Positions 1 to 13,768 of a stretch of 64,000 nt of DNA are shown one piece after another. Each line of letters opens with the position of its first letter. Position 1 is the first letter of the stretch. The DNA comes from Ptychomitrium polyphyllum (Eukaryota): contig OZ316775.1 in assembly GCA_973851085.1 (NCBI GenBank), positions 17,856,001-17,920,000 on the forward strand, given 5' to 3'. Below the pieces are notes generated by a model that saw nothing but the letters and a program-made list of their open reading frames with translations, did no database searches and was not told the DNA's origin. The translations under genes were made by a program, and so were the position numbers.

Positions 1-511
1 AAGGATCCAGAGTCTCCAACAAGGACAGCGCTCAGTTGCTACATATGCTGCAGAGTTTTGACAATTAATTTGCGACCTTAATTGGATTGATAAAGCCTTG
101 GTCACACAATTTTGATGGGGCTTAAGAGAGGATGTAAAGGACTTGCTACTTACAATGCCAAGAGTTGAAACATTAGACAAATTCATCACTCAAGCAATAG
201 CATGTGACAATAGACTATTTGAGAGGCGCCAAGAACAATGCTTGGGATGGCGACCAGTACATCAAAGCATGGCTACTACTTCTTCAATAATATTGGATAA
301 TCGACCACAAGGACCAGAACCTATGCATTTTGATGCTGCCCAGTTCAGGCGTTCGACTCCAAAAGAAAAAAAAAGGCGTCGAAGAGAAAATCTATGTTTG
401 TATTGTGGCAAGTTTGGACATAAAGTGCGCGATTGCCAAATCAAAGGATCTGCCTTTAAGGCTCAAAGCACAATAGTGGAGTTGGAAAACGAGGCTGTCC
501 AGTCACAATAG
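1..511 (+). pseudogene. gag: gag 3' part with zinc knuckle, internal stops
   Basis: ORF 143-511 with a CX2CX4HX4C motif; in-frame TGA codons upstream of it. Confidence 0.9.
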
Positions 512-570
512 AAACCATGCGACTGGACACAACAAAGAAACCACCATCAAATTAAAGTCTCTTATTACCT

Positions 571-3500
571 TCAAGCCCTACTTCTTGTTTTATATTTCCT
601 ATTAAAATAAAATTGTTAGATGATGAAATAATGAGTGAGCTCTTTTAGACACTGGTGCAACAACATGTTTTATGGATAAGGATTTTGCAACCAAACATCA
701 CATGGTGCTTGTGAAGGAAAAATACCCCGCACTTGTTGAAGTTATTGATGGACGATGTCTTGCGTTTGGCAACGTTATTGAAGAAACTCAACCCTTGGAG
801 GTTGTTTTAGGAGACCAGGCATCTAAGATTGTCTTTAACATCATTCAATGCCAAATGAATCCTATTGTTTTGGGCCTTCCTTGGTTTGAATTACATAATC
901 CAGACATTGACTGGCGCTCACGAAATGTGGTCTTAAGGAAAAGACGCCAAGGTACGAAAAATCTTGGACCATCATTTATTGGAGGTAAGGCATTTATGAG
1001 AGCGGCAGAAGATGAACCAATCTATGCCATTTATGCCACGCCAATGTCAAGTTCTACAATAGAGACTAATAGAAATATACCTCGTTAATATCAAGATTAT
1101 AAAGACGTTTTTAAAAAGAAGAATGCAGACATGTTACCAAAGCCCCAGCCTTACAATTGTACCATTGAGTTGCAGGAGCCCAACCACCTTTTGGACCTAT
1201 TTATAACTTATCACAAACTAAGTTGGCTGCCTTGAGAGAATATATTGATGAAAACCTTGGAAAGGATTTCATTCAACATTCTAAATTACTTGCTGGAGCA
1301 CCCATTCTATTTATAAAGAAGAAAGATGGATCATTATGTATGTGCGTGGACTATCAAGGCCTCAATAAAGTAACAAAAAAGAATTGCTATCCATTACTAT
1401 TAATCTCAGGACTCCTACAACAACTTGGCCAAGCAAAGATATTCACCAAAACTGATCTTAGAGGAGCCTACAATCTTGTACGCATCAAAGAATGAGACGA
1501 ATGGAAGACAGCTTTTTGATCTAGGTATGGTCATCTCAAATACAATGTCAAGCCTTTTGGCCTTACTAATGCTCTTGCAGTCTTTCAACATATGATGAAT
1601 GATATCTTCTTTGAACATCTGGATGATTTTATAGTCATCTATTTAGATGATATTTTGATATATTCAAAGGATGAACAAGACCACAAATGTCATGTGCGAC
1701 TGGGCTTAGAAAAATTACGCCAGCGAGGATTATATGCCAAATTGGAGAAGTGCTTTTTCCATGAGTCCTCGGTTGAATTTTTAGGCTACATCATTTCCAA
1801 AGGAAGAATCCATATGGATAAAAAGAAAATAAGCACTGTCATGGAGTGGAGTACGCCAAGATCAATTCGAGATGTTCAATGCTTCTTGGGATTTGCAAAC
1901 TTCTATAGAATATTCATCAAGAATTATTCCAAGATTGCAGCACCATTAACACGTCTTACGGGGAAGCAAAAATTCATTTGGGATGAAGAGGCTGAAAATG
2001 CATTTCAAAGTCTTAAGAAGTTATTCACGTCGGCTCCAATTCTTATTCATCCAAATCCATTGAAGCCTTTTTATTTGGAAGCGGATGCCTTAGATTTTGC
2101 GCTTGGCTTAGTACTCTCAGAATATGATGAAGACGGAAGACTTCACCCTCTTGCCTTTTGTTCAAGGAAGTTTTCAACGGCAGAGATCAACTATGATATA
2201 CATGATAAAGAACTACTTGCAATTGTGGATGCGTTTGAAGAATGGAGACACTTATTGGAAGGAGCTCAACATACCATCACGATATGTACAGACCACAAGA
2301 ACTTGGAGTATTTCATGAGTGTGCGCATTTTGAATCGCCGTCAAGCAAGGTGGAGTATGTCGCTTTCCAGATTTGACTTTGTCATTACCTATCAATCTGG
2401 TAGCTTGCAAGGTAAGCCAGATGCCTTATCACAAAGATCCTATTTAGCTCCTCAACCTGGAAATGATGTTTTGAATCAACAAAGGACTATTTTATTGAAG
2501 CCAGAGAATCTTCAATTGAAAACAGCCATTATTACAACAACATCCTATCTTGACAAAATTTGGAAGGCTTTGAAGAATGACGTCTTTGTTTCAAATATAA
2601 AGAAGCGCCTCAAAGACAATGGAGGTCCTTTATATAGCGATGAGGACTTTGAATTCCAAGAGGGCCTATTTTATTATAAAGGACTTTTATACCTACCTCC
2701 AGGCCCTTTGCGGTTGAAGATCCTTCAAGCACGTCATGATTTTCCAACAACAAGACATTTTGGATTCAATAAAACAATGGAGTTGATTGCTAGAGACTAT
2801 TGGTGGTCACAAATGTGGAAGTACGTAAAGGACTTTGTTTGATCATGCGACACTTGTGCAAGAGCCAAGATACCAAGGCACCAACCTCATGGTCTCATCC
2901 ATCCGCTTCTAGTGCCAAAAGACCCATGGTTGTTTTTATCAATGGATTTTATCACAGACCTTCCAAACTCCGATTCTAAGGATTCTATTTTGGTAGTGGT
3001 GGATCGATTTACCAAAATGGCACATTTCATTCCATGCAGCAAGACGGTAACGAGAGAAGAAACTGCCAAGTTGTTCATAAATCACGTTTATCGCATACAT
3101 GGACTATCAGATGATATTGTATCCGATTGAGGGCCGCAGTTCATTTCCAACTTTTAAAAGTTCTATTCCAGCTGTTGCATATAAAGACCAATCTTTCTTC
3201 AGCACACCATCCGCAAATTGATGGCCAAACCAAATGTGTAAATCAAATTTTGGAACAGTACCTTTGTTGTAGCATAAATTACCAGCAAGACAACTGGATG
3301 GATCTTTTGGCTTTGGCAGAATTTGCTTATAACAATATGGTGCATTCTTCAACAACTCAAAGTCCATTATTTGCAAACTATGGCCATCATCCTGGAACAA
3401 ATCCATTTCAAGTGAAGCATGTTGGAAGTCTTGCAGCAGAAGATTTTGCAATTCAACTTGCTAAAATCCATCAAGAAATTACCTTCTAGTTACAACAAGC

Positions 3501-3990
3501 TCAAGATCGTTACAAAACTTATGTAGATCGCCATCAAAAAGACCATCCAAAGTTCAAGGTTGGAGATAGCGTATGGCTTCTACGACGAATTATACAGACA
3601 AGAAGACCATCAAAGAAGTAGGACTATCAAAGGCTGGGACCATTTGAAATTAGCGTACAAATAAATCTGGTTAGTTATCGCCTAAAGCTACCACCAAGCA
3701 TGCAAATTCATCCAGTATTCCATGTATCGTTGTTGGAAATCTATAACAAATCATGTATACCAGAGAGAATTGTCTCTCCGCCTCCTCTGCTGGAAATCAA
3801 CAATGAAATTGAATATGAAGTAGAAGAGATCTTAGATTCACGCATCAAAAACGGACGTGTGGAGTACCTTATACATTAGCAAGGATATGGCATCAATGAC
3901 CAAACATGGGAACCTTCAAGGAATGTAACAAATGCATCCGAGAAGGTACGCAAATTTCATCAAAGATATCCTCAGAAACCAGGTCAGTGA
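571..3990 (+). pseudogene. pol: pol (PR-RT-RH-IN-chromodomain) broken by stops and frameshifts
   Basis: ORF fragments at 672, 1223, 1592, 2912 and 3127; chromodomain at ~3810-3915 contains TAG where Trp is expected. Confidence 0.93.
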
Positions 3991-4643
3991 TGATGTGTCA
4001 TTAGCAGCCGTTAGCTTCACAGAGAAGTTTTTCCTTCATAGACAAGTATAAGAAGGGAGGAGAGATATTCAAACCTCTAATTGTATGCAGCATTATTTCC
4101 AAGATAGATCATTTCCAGATCCTAGCCTGTATGTCAAATCTTCGTGTTATCATGGATATGCGTGAAGAGCAATCGGCCATGCCTTCATCAACAACAGTAT
4201 TTGTTGAGCCAACTCAACTTTCTCAGCCCTTGGTAACGGAGGATCTAAGTCAAGATATGGGAGGGACATCCCAACGTCAAGTACAACCTCGTGCAGAAGT
4301 ATTGACTAGTTGCCCTTCACATTCCAGTCTTGATTTAGATGCTCACGCTCTAGTCATCTTGTTAGAAATTGGAAAAGTTACTCCAGGAAGATCCAAAATC
4401 TTGTTTGGAGGATGTTTTGAAGGACTTAATCAAGATCAGATCTTGGGATGGGACATTTCAACAACAGAAGTCTTGGCTGATGGCCATCCGCGCTTCTTGC
4501 AAGGACTAATTGAATCAGTAGACAAAGAACAACGAGCAGAGTATGCTACTTCATTCCTTTGACAAATTTGGAATTTGTAGAAATGTGACAAGCAAGCCAA
4601 GAAAAGAGCTCTTTATGGGACTCGTTGCTAAATGGGGAGGTGA

Positions 4644-5194
4644 TGGCACGGACACAGATCATGCAACATAGTCCTTAGAACATTCTAGAACCTTCTAGAA
4701 CCTTCTAGTATACTATAATAGCTTCTTAGAATACTTTGAGATGTCTCCATACTCTTTCCATGTTCTTAGGAAGCTTCCAAGGAAAGTTCCTCCACTTTAG
4801 GAAATTTCCTAGGAAGATTTTATCTCTTTAGGAAACTTTCTAAGAAGGTACTGCTATCTTTAGGAAACCTGCAAGGAAGATTCCAACTCCTTGGAAGTTT
4901 CTTAGGAAGGTTCCAAGATCTTAGGAAACATTTTTGGAAGGTTCCTTAGACTTGTAGAACATTTTTAAGCCTTGTAGGAAGCTTCTTTAGAAGTATCATA
5001 GGAGATAAAAACGTCATAGTATAAATAGGAGGCAAGACAAGGTTTTTCTTAGTCTTGGCAACACAAGTTGTGGATCATCTTGAATCCTGCCTTGTTTTAG
5101 TCTTTGTATTAAGTTCTTATTAATCATTAGCTTTTTGGAAGCTAATTCTTGGAAAACACTTCGTTTCCACTTCTTGTTTTTTGTGTTCCTAACA
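4644..5194 (+). repeat. 3' LTR of copy 1 (551 bp, TG...CA)
   Basis: Follows the polypurine tract; tggcacggacacagatc...ttcctaaca; TATA tataaatagg at ~5020; followed by atatt. Confidence 0.93.
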
Positions 5195-5199
5195 ATATT

Positions 5200-5521
5200 G
5201 TTGAACTTTCCAAGAAGTTTTCTTAGATGTTGGAACCTTCTTAAGAAGCTTCCAAGGAATTGGAACCTTCTTTGGAAGTTTCTTAAGGTAGCGGAACTTT
5301 TTTAGGAAGTTTCCTAAAGAGGTAGAATCTTCCTAGGACGTTTCCTATGGTGATGAAATTTTCGTAGGAAGTTTCTTAAGGTGGAAGAACTTTCCTCAAA
5401 ACCTTTCTAAGAACATGGAAAAACTATGGAGACATTTAAAAGTATTTTAAGAAGCTATTATAGTATACTAGAAGGTCTAGAATGTTCTAAAGACTATGTT
5501 GCATAATCTATATCCGTAATA
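5200..5521 (-). repeat. Partial family-A LTR into which copy 1 inserted
   Basis: Reverse-complement U3 repeats ending atctatatccgtaata, a degenerate form of the LTR start. Confidence 0.8.
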
Positions 5522-8500
5522 AGTTGTATCAATAGGAAGAGATTGGTAAAGAAAGTCTGGTAGTACTAAATATTACACCCGATAGTCCGATAACATTATC
5601 CCCCTTCTAGACTAAGTTTACTTCTGGAAATACAAAATTTGATCTATTCGGATATTTTTTGAAGTTGAAGGCGTTGAGGTGTTTGGCGTGGTGAAGGCGG
5701 AGCAAAATGAGGAGGGGAGGTAGATGTAATTGCATCAAGGAAAAGAATAGGAAGAAATTAGCGTTGGATAGATGGAATAGAGAGATTGATAATAAGAAGA
5801 ATAGAAGATGTGAGAACAAGGAGGTTGGTATTGAGTAATAAGAGACGAGAAGTGGTATGAAATGGAGAACTCAAGGCAATTTCAGGCAAGGGTTGATTAA
5901 TGGCTAAATTTAGACTATCAAAATACTCATCATCCAAGTCATGTATATTAGGAGAGATAAGAGAGTCCATTACCGGATGATCGTCTTCTCAACTTTGGTA
6001 GCTCTGCTGATAATGGTGAATATTAGCGTTCTGATTGTAGATTGCGGTGTAGGCATTGTGGAGGCGCTGGCAATTCTTTGTGAGTTGTTTGCGTGCTTTC
6101 CGATGTCGGTATTCCGTCTAGTGATGGAGGACCTTGCTAGTCTTCGCGTATTGTTGGTATTGCGCTCACTTGGTAGTGAATTGCTGTTGACTTGCTGTTG
6201 AAGTCCGGTATTGGGATGGGGTTGTTGACAAAGATCGATTAGAGCCTTTGATGTGAGGTTGAGATTTAAAGTAAGCTTGATAATGAGCTATTGCTGCATG
6301 TGAATCAATTGTTGGTTGTAGTCTTGCTCCAATGTGAAGGACTAAACCTGAGTTTCTTGGTGGTGCAATATTCATTTGGAGGTTTTGTATCCCGTAACAG
6401 TAATTGGAGATGCTCAGTAAGCCGGTCACATTCATCAATGATGGGTTTGGCTCATAAGGTTAATTGCTCAAAATGGGCATGAATTTCTATCAATAGCGAT
6501 AAGATTTCTAACTAATATTCTATAGCTTTTTGAAGGTTTTGTAAGTTATGGTCTACGTATGAGATGTTATGGATATAGTTGATAGACCAGGGTGTAGTAG
6601 TAGGAGGAAGGTTGGAGACTGAGTCATCGGTAGGAGGTTTGGGAAAAGAAAGAGGATTAGTGGAGGTAGAGGGTGGAGTAGGTATAGGAGGAAGGATAGA
6701 AGCTAGGGCGTGAGGTACTTGGATACCAGAGGAATGATGTATGGAGAAGGAGGTCTAAGAGTTAGGCCAACTATTAGAAGGGATGAGGAATGAGATTAAG
6801 AATTGAGAATGGAAAAAGGAATGGACAATTACACGACTCAGGGAAAGTAGTACGGGTTGATGGTGTCGGAGTAGACGTGTGGGATGTCTAACGGATTTGG
6901 TGCTTTTAATATTTTTGTACAAGGTCCTAAATTGAATCTCGAGCTCATTTGGTGCTGGAATGGGGTGTGATTTGGAATTGGGTTTGTAATTTAGAGGGTC
7001 CTGTATAAATAGGATTGGTAGTTTGTGCTTTCAGTGGTTGAAAGCATGGCTCAATAGAAGCATTTTTCCACCAAAGAATCAAACTAAGATGCGATATCTA
7101 TCAACGGGAAGAGGATTTTGTGCCAAATCTCAACGGCAGTGCAAAATGAGACTCTGCCATTTTGAATTTCTAGAAGTTCAGCGGCTAAATTATTATATAC
7201 AGTAGTGAGCCATGCCCATAATTTTGGGCCGATAGCTAAGTCGGTCAATAGTGATAAAAAACAAACATTTCTATTCAACATATAGGTGCCCTTTTTTTGA
7301 AAAAAAAATGCCCTGAAGAAGACCGTGCTTTTGGAGAATTAAATGCTTAGATCCTTGTTGGATCTCCAAACCCTCCTTTGTTCTCAATGCAGGGCCAATA
7401 ACTTCTAATAATCAACTAGATGCTATTGATGAAGGAAAAATATTTACGGGTCCATCTTCGAGATGAAGAACATTGCAAATCATGCATGTTGTAATAAGGA
7501 TTTGTTTACAGGAAATGATTCCAAAAAAACCATTTCCATCTTTTTTGACTGCAGTATTTAAGAACTTTAAAACAAAATCAACATGAGTCAAAGACTGATT
7601 CTAGAAGAATTGGACAAAATCTAAGAGTCCTATATCATGAAGGAACTCGAATTTTGTAACAACATTGATAGTGTAGACTATCCCCGACTGTTAGTGGTTC
7701 ATGGATGTTAAGGTCACTTCTCTCCATATCCCGCCTACTAGACGATCTAAAACGCAACCATAAACTGGCGTAAACTTCTGCTTGGCGGCACCTATAGCTA
7801 AAGGAAAAAGCAAGAGAAAGAGTTGTATACTACCAAAATAAAGAGGAGGAGAAGCTAAATATAAGTGGAAAATATGAGAAGGATTATGAAATGGATGAGA
7901 AGAAAAGGAAAACTAGGCAAGATCATTAGAGTTGAAGTGGTGGTGGAAATAATGATTAATTGGTTTGGATAGGCGGCCGTCATAATGGCTAATAAAAACC
8001 ATCATGATAGATATTGAATTTTGGCATAAACTATCATCATTAGGATCATCAGCTTAAATGACGGATTTAGATGGATCAAAAGCTATAGGTAGGCGGATAT
8101 GAGTGTCATTAATATATATATATGGTTTAAGTTTATTTACAATTACAATGACAAGATCAGGATCAAAGTGTTTTAAAATTACGAGTAGGATTGTATTATT
8201 TGGTAATACGTTCAGAACGTAGTAAGGACCATCCAACTTGTTTTTGAGTTAATTAGTATGAAAATTGGCTCCTATTGGATACCAAAGAACATAATCACCA
8301 AGCTAAAAAGTAATATTCTTACCTCAAGCCGTGGAAAGATTGAGCATAATTCCATTGTGACGTGCCTTAACGGTCTTGGGCATGTAGGCCTTTTTTGTCT
8401 AATTATTCCAAGTCGGTAATGCAGATGGCGAGGATACATTGATGGTTAAAAGTTTAGTTATTAGAGGTATAGGAGGTAGGTACTAGGTACTCAGAAGGCA

Positions 8501-8810
8501 TGAACAGAAGTAGGCCGTATAGAAGTTGGAATGGGAGTAATTGGTAGCAGTTTTATACACAATTTGATAGGCAAGCATGGTTGTAAAAAGGTAAATGTTC
8601 CAATCCGTTTGGTGCTTATCGATGAGTTTCTAGAGCATGCCAAAAATAACCTTGTTGGTGGATCCAGCCTGTCGAATTCCTTGAAAATAGTATATTGTTG
8701 ATGTTGTATGTTTCATTAGAAAATGTTCCATTAAAGTTTGGATTACCGAGTTGTTAAAATGGATGCTTTAGTTTCTAACAATGTAGAAGGAGTAGCCAAA
8801 GCCGTGTCGT
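5522..8810 (-). mobile_element. Degenerate Gypsy remnant of a different, probably non-chromovirus lineage: integrase, long 3' region, polypurine tract and start of the 3' LTR
   Basis: Minus strand shows decayed integrase motifs (STIYYFQG, PFQLLYG...MPSEY, DGPY, KLKPY) at ~8050-8810; purine tract tagaagggggata at ~5598-5610 followed by tgttatcgg at 5595. Confidence 0.7.
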
Positions 8811-10339
8811 AATGTATTTAATTGTATAGTTTAAAACTTAAGTAGTATTTGTTATTTGGTGTATTTGGAAAAGAGTATTAGGAAAAAGAAATAATTAGAT
8901 TAAAAAAAAGTCGTGGTGAAACTACTATTTTTATTTGTCTTGAAGGTGGAGTCGCATCTTGTCTTAAGTCAAGGTAATTATGCTTGTTAACTGTAGTTTT
9001 TCTTGCCTGCCATTCTTGTTAGCAGTATCAAATCAAGTGCCGCCGTTCTATTCAACGAATACAACAAAAATCAAACTTGAACCGGTTCAGCAGCTAGAAC
9101 TTATCCAGTCAACCAAATTTATGACTTGGTGTCTGATCCTACCTCGACAATGGTTTTATTTTTTAACTTGTTTCTTGTTGAATTTCAATATTTTTCTTAC
9201 TTTTTTTAGTTTATTTTAATTTTTTTAGTTTCTATTTTAGATTTGTCAGGGTTGATTTTATCTTCTTTGTAGTTGGAACTTAAAAGTTTCAACCAAAAAA
9301 AAGAAAAGAAAGAAAAGCAAAAGAAAATGATTTAAATTATTTTTCATTTGAAGATATGGTTAGATAAAGGTTTGATACAAGAGATTAGGGGCTGATGTGG
9401 AGAGATATAGTTGGAGTGGAGTAATAAGGAGCAAATGTGGCACTTTGACCACCGCCCTCTTTTTCTTTCTCGGCCTCTCCTACTAGAATAAGAAGGCAGC
9501 CCTTCTTTAGGTGAGATCTCATAGCAGACTTCTTAATTTGAGTTGGTTTTTATTGCATTTTTTTTTTTCTTGGTAATCTTTCTAGAAAGCCATTACACGC
9601 TCCATTTGAAGTTAGTATGTGGTTGTGGCTTTAGTTTGAGTAAAATTAAGCTAGATGCCTTTAATTTCTGAGGGCAATTATTTGAATGTTTCTAATTTCT
9701 TGTAAAAACATCTTTTATAAGTGAAATTTTGAGAAAAAAGTTTAAATTATTTTGAAAAAATGGTGTCAAAAATTGATAAGCATTGGAATTTTTGAACAAA
9801 AGATACAAAGAAAAATGCAACTGGGACTTAGAAGACAATGTATAGTAGAGTTTGGAGTTGTACAATTTGGGTCATTGTAGATGGTTGAAGGAATTTCTAG
9901 GGTTGGCCTTTTGACAAAGTGTTTGTTATAAGATAAATATTATATACACAAAGTTTGAATTTTGAATTTGCAATAAAAGGGGAGTTATGAAGTGATAAAG
10001 GGACAGGGATATAGAAGCTGTAGCAATGAAGAATGTAAACTTTGAAATTTTGGACTTTATAGGGTACTGGGGATTTAGCAACCAAAATTTATATATAGCA
10101 TATTGAATGTTTCAAGAAGGTTTTGTTAAAATTTTAGGTGCTTTGGATTAGTTTGCTAGAAATTATGACATATTTAGCATTTGGGATTTTCAAGGCAGCA
10201 TAGAGGGAAATTTTGCGGTAGAGTATTTGCTTCATTGGATGTTAGAAATAGAAACTCTTCATGCATCTTGACCTTGATCAATTAGATGCTAAAAAAAACC
10301 ATGTATTTCCTATAGCTACCACTATTGCCACAACAGCCG

Positions 10340-11265
10340 CTTAGCTTAAAATCGAGTGTTGGAGTTCAAAAGTTAGAGCTTAATGCTAAAACATAGCAAG
10401 GTGGTCAAGAGAAAGAAGAGCAATAGAAAAAAGTAGGAGACTAAAGTGAAGGTGAGGATGGAGAATGCTAAAATATTGATGTAAGATTGCAAACAAACAA
10501 TAGTAGTTTTGATAATGGATTTTTGTGGGAAGGAATTAAAAGAAGTAGGAATTCCAAGAAGCTAATGATTGCGCAATTCTAATAAGAGACGAGGCAATGG
10601 TGACGTTTTAGTAGAACAAGGTTGATTGCCGTTGCAGCTTATAATACTCAACTTTGGAGGAGCGGATCATCACGCATACAAATTCAAACAGAGTAAGAAT
10701 TTTTGGAGAGGGTAGATCAAGTTGTGAAAACTCTATACACAAAAAGATCATAAGATTTGGAGCTATAAAGTGTTGGTGGCCGCTGATTTGGTGCGACAAG
10801 GTCTACAGCTAGCAATATCATTGCGCTATTTAGAATTTAAACTTGCCCTCAGATTTTGGTTGTTTTCTCTTTCACATTTAGAGATCAGGTTTTGAAATTT
10901 TGGAAGAAATTAGATCTAGTTGTTGCAGTTCCATAGGCACTTAGATTACAAGATTTGAAGTTGTGAGGCGCCAATGGCATCTAATTTGATATGAGGGGGT
11001 CTTGTTGCCGTGAGCGGAAAGTGTTGTGAGATTGATTAAGGTAATATTTTAGTGGCTAGTAGTTAGACCACTAAATAAGAGAATATACGTTCTTAAATGA
11101 GGACCAATCAACTCACTAAAGCCTTGTAGCATATTAAGTCATTTAAAGTTGTAGTAAACAAGGAGCAATTTAGCACATACCTATTATACTACACTTCTAG
11201 TTAGATATTCACTAATATATGAGAAGACTTGAATAATTATGAATTTGATTATAATCTAATTAAAT
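10340..11265. repeat. Old dispersed repeat (probable gag-region remnant), homologous to 47755-48241 joined to 55928-56365
   Basis: Collinear similarity by eye, e.g. ggagttcaaaagtt...taatgctaaaacata at the start and gaagacttgaa...tctaattaaat at the end. Confidence 0.75.
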
Positions 11266-13082
11266 CCGACCTTGGATTACAATGCAACTTAGATAACCAT
11301 AGCCTAAGTAGAACTGTGTAACTTAAATTGGCCTTTTGTATAGCGATGATTAAATTAGGCTCACACAAAAGAACTTGAATCTTGACATACATGCACTCAT
11401 AGTAGAAGACACCTTTAGTTTTAACTTGATTTTGGTTTGGTTTCTATATTTCTTTATATATGGATTCATTGATAATTTTATAGAAAGTGGAAGAAAAGAT
11501 GTAAGCATTTCTACATTTTATGCAGTGTAGCAAAAGGTTTTTTTGCATGTTTAAATTTCAAAAGCATTATGCTTTACTAAATGTAGCATACATTCAAAAT
11601 TTACATTAATATTAAAGAAAGTTGTGAACCACATAATAAATGATAGATTGAAGCAAGATTAACAATGACATCATAAACTTCAATGCCAAGAATGGAAAAA
11701 AAGTGAAGAAATGATGTCGGATGATAAAAATAGACATGATAAGTTTCTTCAAATTATAATGGATAGATTATACTAACTAACTACAATGGTATTGTAAATG
11801 AAGCAAATTATAAAAGCCATTTAAGGCTAATATGTAAGACTCCGTTATAAAGCGTGCCAAGATTAATACCAACATAGATTATGTAATATAGTCTCTAAAA
11901 TCTTTTGGAACCTTCTGTAGTAGCTTTTTAGAGTATTTTTAATGCTTCCATAGCCATTCCATCTCCTTGAAAAACTTATTGAAAAGATTCTTTAGACTTT
12001 TAGAATATTCTTAAGCTTCATAAGAAACTTCCTTTGAAGTGTTATCAAAACTACAAGTGTCATAATATAAATAGAAGGCAAGACAAGGTATACCTTAGCC
12101 TTGCTAATATACGTTATTATCATATTATATCGTGTCTTTATTGTAGTCTTTGTACCAATTCTTGTTAAAACTAATTCTTCATTTTTATCAAAACTAAGGT
12201 TTTTTTGAAGAAGATAGTGCATTTTTCATTTTCTTAAGAATCTTAAAGCATCTTAGAGGTTGTGAATAACTTCCTTTAATATTAACACTAGAAGTTGATT
12301 TCTTCCTCTAAAAGCAAGTGTTATTTCTTTTAAAGAAGAAATAATCTTTCAAAACATGCAAATTATCCTCTTTTGAAAATATTGATAGTCTTTTTGTCTC
12401 TAACAATTTTAAGTATGTAGTTTTTGTTCTTGAAGATATAAAAAATCCTTAAAGGTTGCAGATTACCATCTTCCAAATTACTTCTTTGGTTTTTTCATCT
12501 TCTTCTTCTTCATTCACAAAATTTATTGATTTGAGTATGGATAATAAACTAGGAAAATTAAAAAACAAATTTACAACTATTACAAAACATTAAGATTATT
12601 AAACAAAGTTTGAACGCAGTTTACTTGCTTTAATACCACCAAATATTTTGAATAGTGCACTTGTCAGCCTGAAGAATCCAATGGATATATTTAGAATCTA
12701 TATTAAGAAGTTGTTTGATTGCAAGATGCCAATATTGGAAGCAAATATTTTTGCAAAAACCTTGCAAAGCCAAAGGTTAATATGCCAAACAAGTTTTATG
12801 AATTAGGATTGAAGTTAGGTGGCTTTATTCTACAAGTAAGGTTCTTTGTCAATTTGCATTCATCTTATTATCCTAATAACATTACTCAAGTTGAATTTGT
12901 AGCCATTTTTCTACCAAATAATGCACCATCGTGGTTTATATTATTAATAGAGAGGAAGTCACTATTATTGAAGAACTTAGATGCTTCATGGAAGCATTGA
13001 AATCTAAATTTGGAGACACAAATCGAGAGAACATTGCAAAAACAAGGATCAAAAGTCTACAACAAAGACATTGTTTGGTTGT

Positions 13083-13684
13083 TGTTAGGAATACAAGAAA
13101 CAAGAAGCAAAAACAAAGTGTTTCTCAAGAATTAGCTTCCAAAGAGCTAATGATTAACAAGAACTTGATATAAAGACCAGAACAAGGCAGGATTCAAGAT
13201 GATCCACAATCTATTTTGGCAAAACTAAAGAATACCTTGTTTTGCCTCCTATTTATACAATGACGTTTGTATCTCCTAGGATACTTCTAAAGAAGCTTCC
13301 TAAAAGGCTTAAGAATGTTCTAGAAGTCTAGGGAACCTTCCCAAGAAATTCCCTAAAATGTTGGAACCTTCCTTAGAAACTTCCAAGGAATTGGAACCTT
13401 CCTTGGAAGTTTTCTAAGGTAGCGGAACCTTCTTAGGAAGTTTCCTAAAGACGTAGAAGCTTCCTAGGAAGTTTTTTAAGGTGGAGGATTCTTCCTAGGA
13501 AGTTTCCTAAGGTGATGGAATCTTTGTAGGAAGTTTCCTAAGGTGGAGGAACTTTCCTAAAAAGCTTCCTAAGAATATAGAAAGGTTATGGAGACATTTA
13601 AAAGTATTCTAAGAAGCTATTATAGTATATTAGAAGGTTCTAGAATGTTCTAAGGACTATATTGCATGATCTATATCCGTGACA
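13083..13684 (-). mobile_element. Family-A solo LTR (602 bp)
   Basis: tgttagg...ccgtgaca; flanks gttgt and attgc are both one transition away from the host sequence gttgc. Confidence 0.88.
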
Positions 13685-13768
13685 ATTGCTACATATGAAA
13701 AAGAATGTCAGCAATTAACTTGCAATTTTGATTGAAATAATAAGGCTTTGGTCACACAATTCTGATGG

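Larger units (their letters stand above)
1..5194 (+). mobile_element. Ty3/Gypsy chromovirus (RLG1/Tcn1-like, family A), copy 1; 5' part lies before the window; defective
   Basis: Domain order: gag CCHC knuckle (CLYCGKFGHKVRDC), protease (LDTGA), RT (YLDD), RNase H, integrase (SMDFITDLP), chromodomain (EYEVEEILDSR...TWEP), then polypurine tract aaatggggaggtga and an LTR at 4644-5194. Confidence 0.97.

Noticed and set aside
1592..2842. 416-aa RT/RNase H ORF as a functional gene (also 51740-52990)
   Set aside because: It is only a fragment of pol between premature stops; the element is defective
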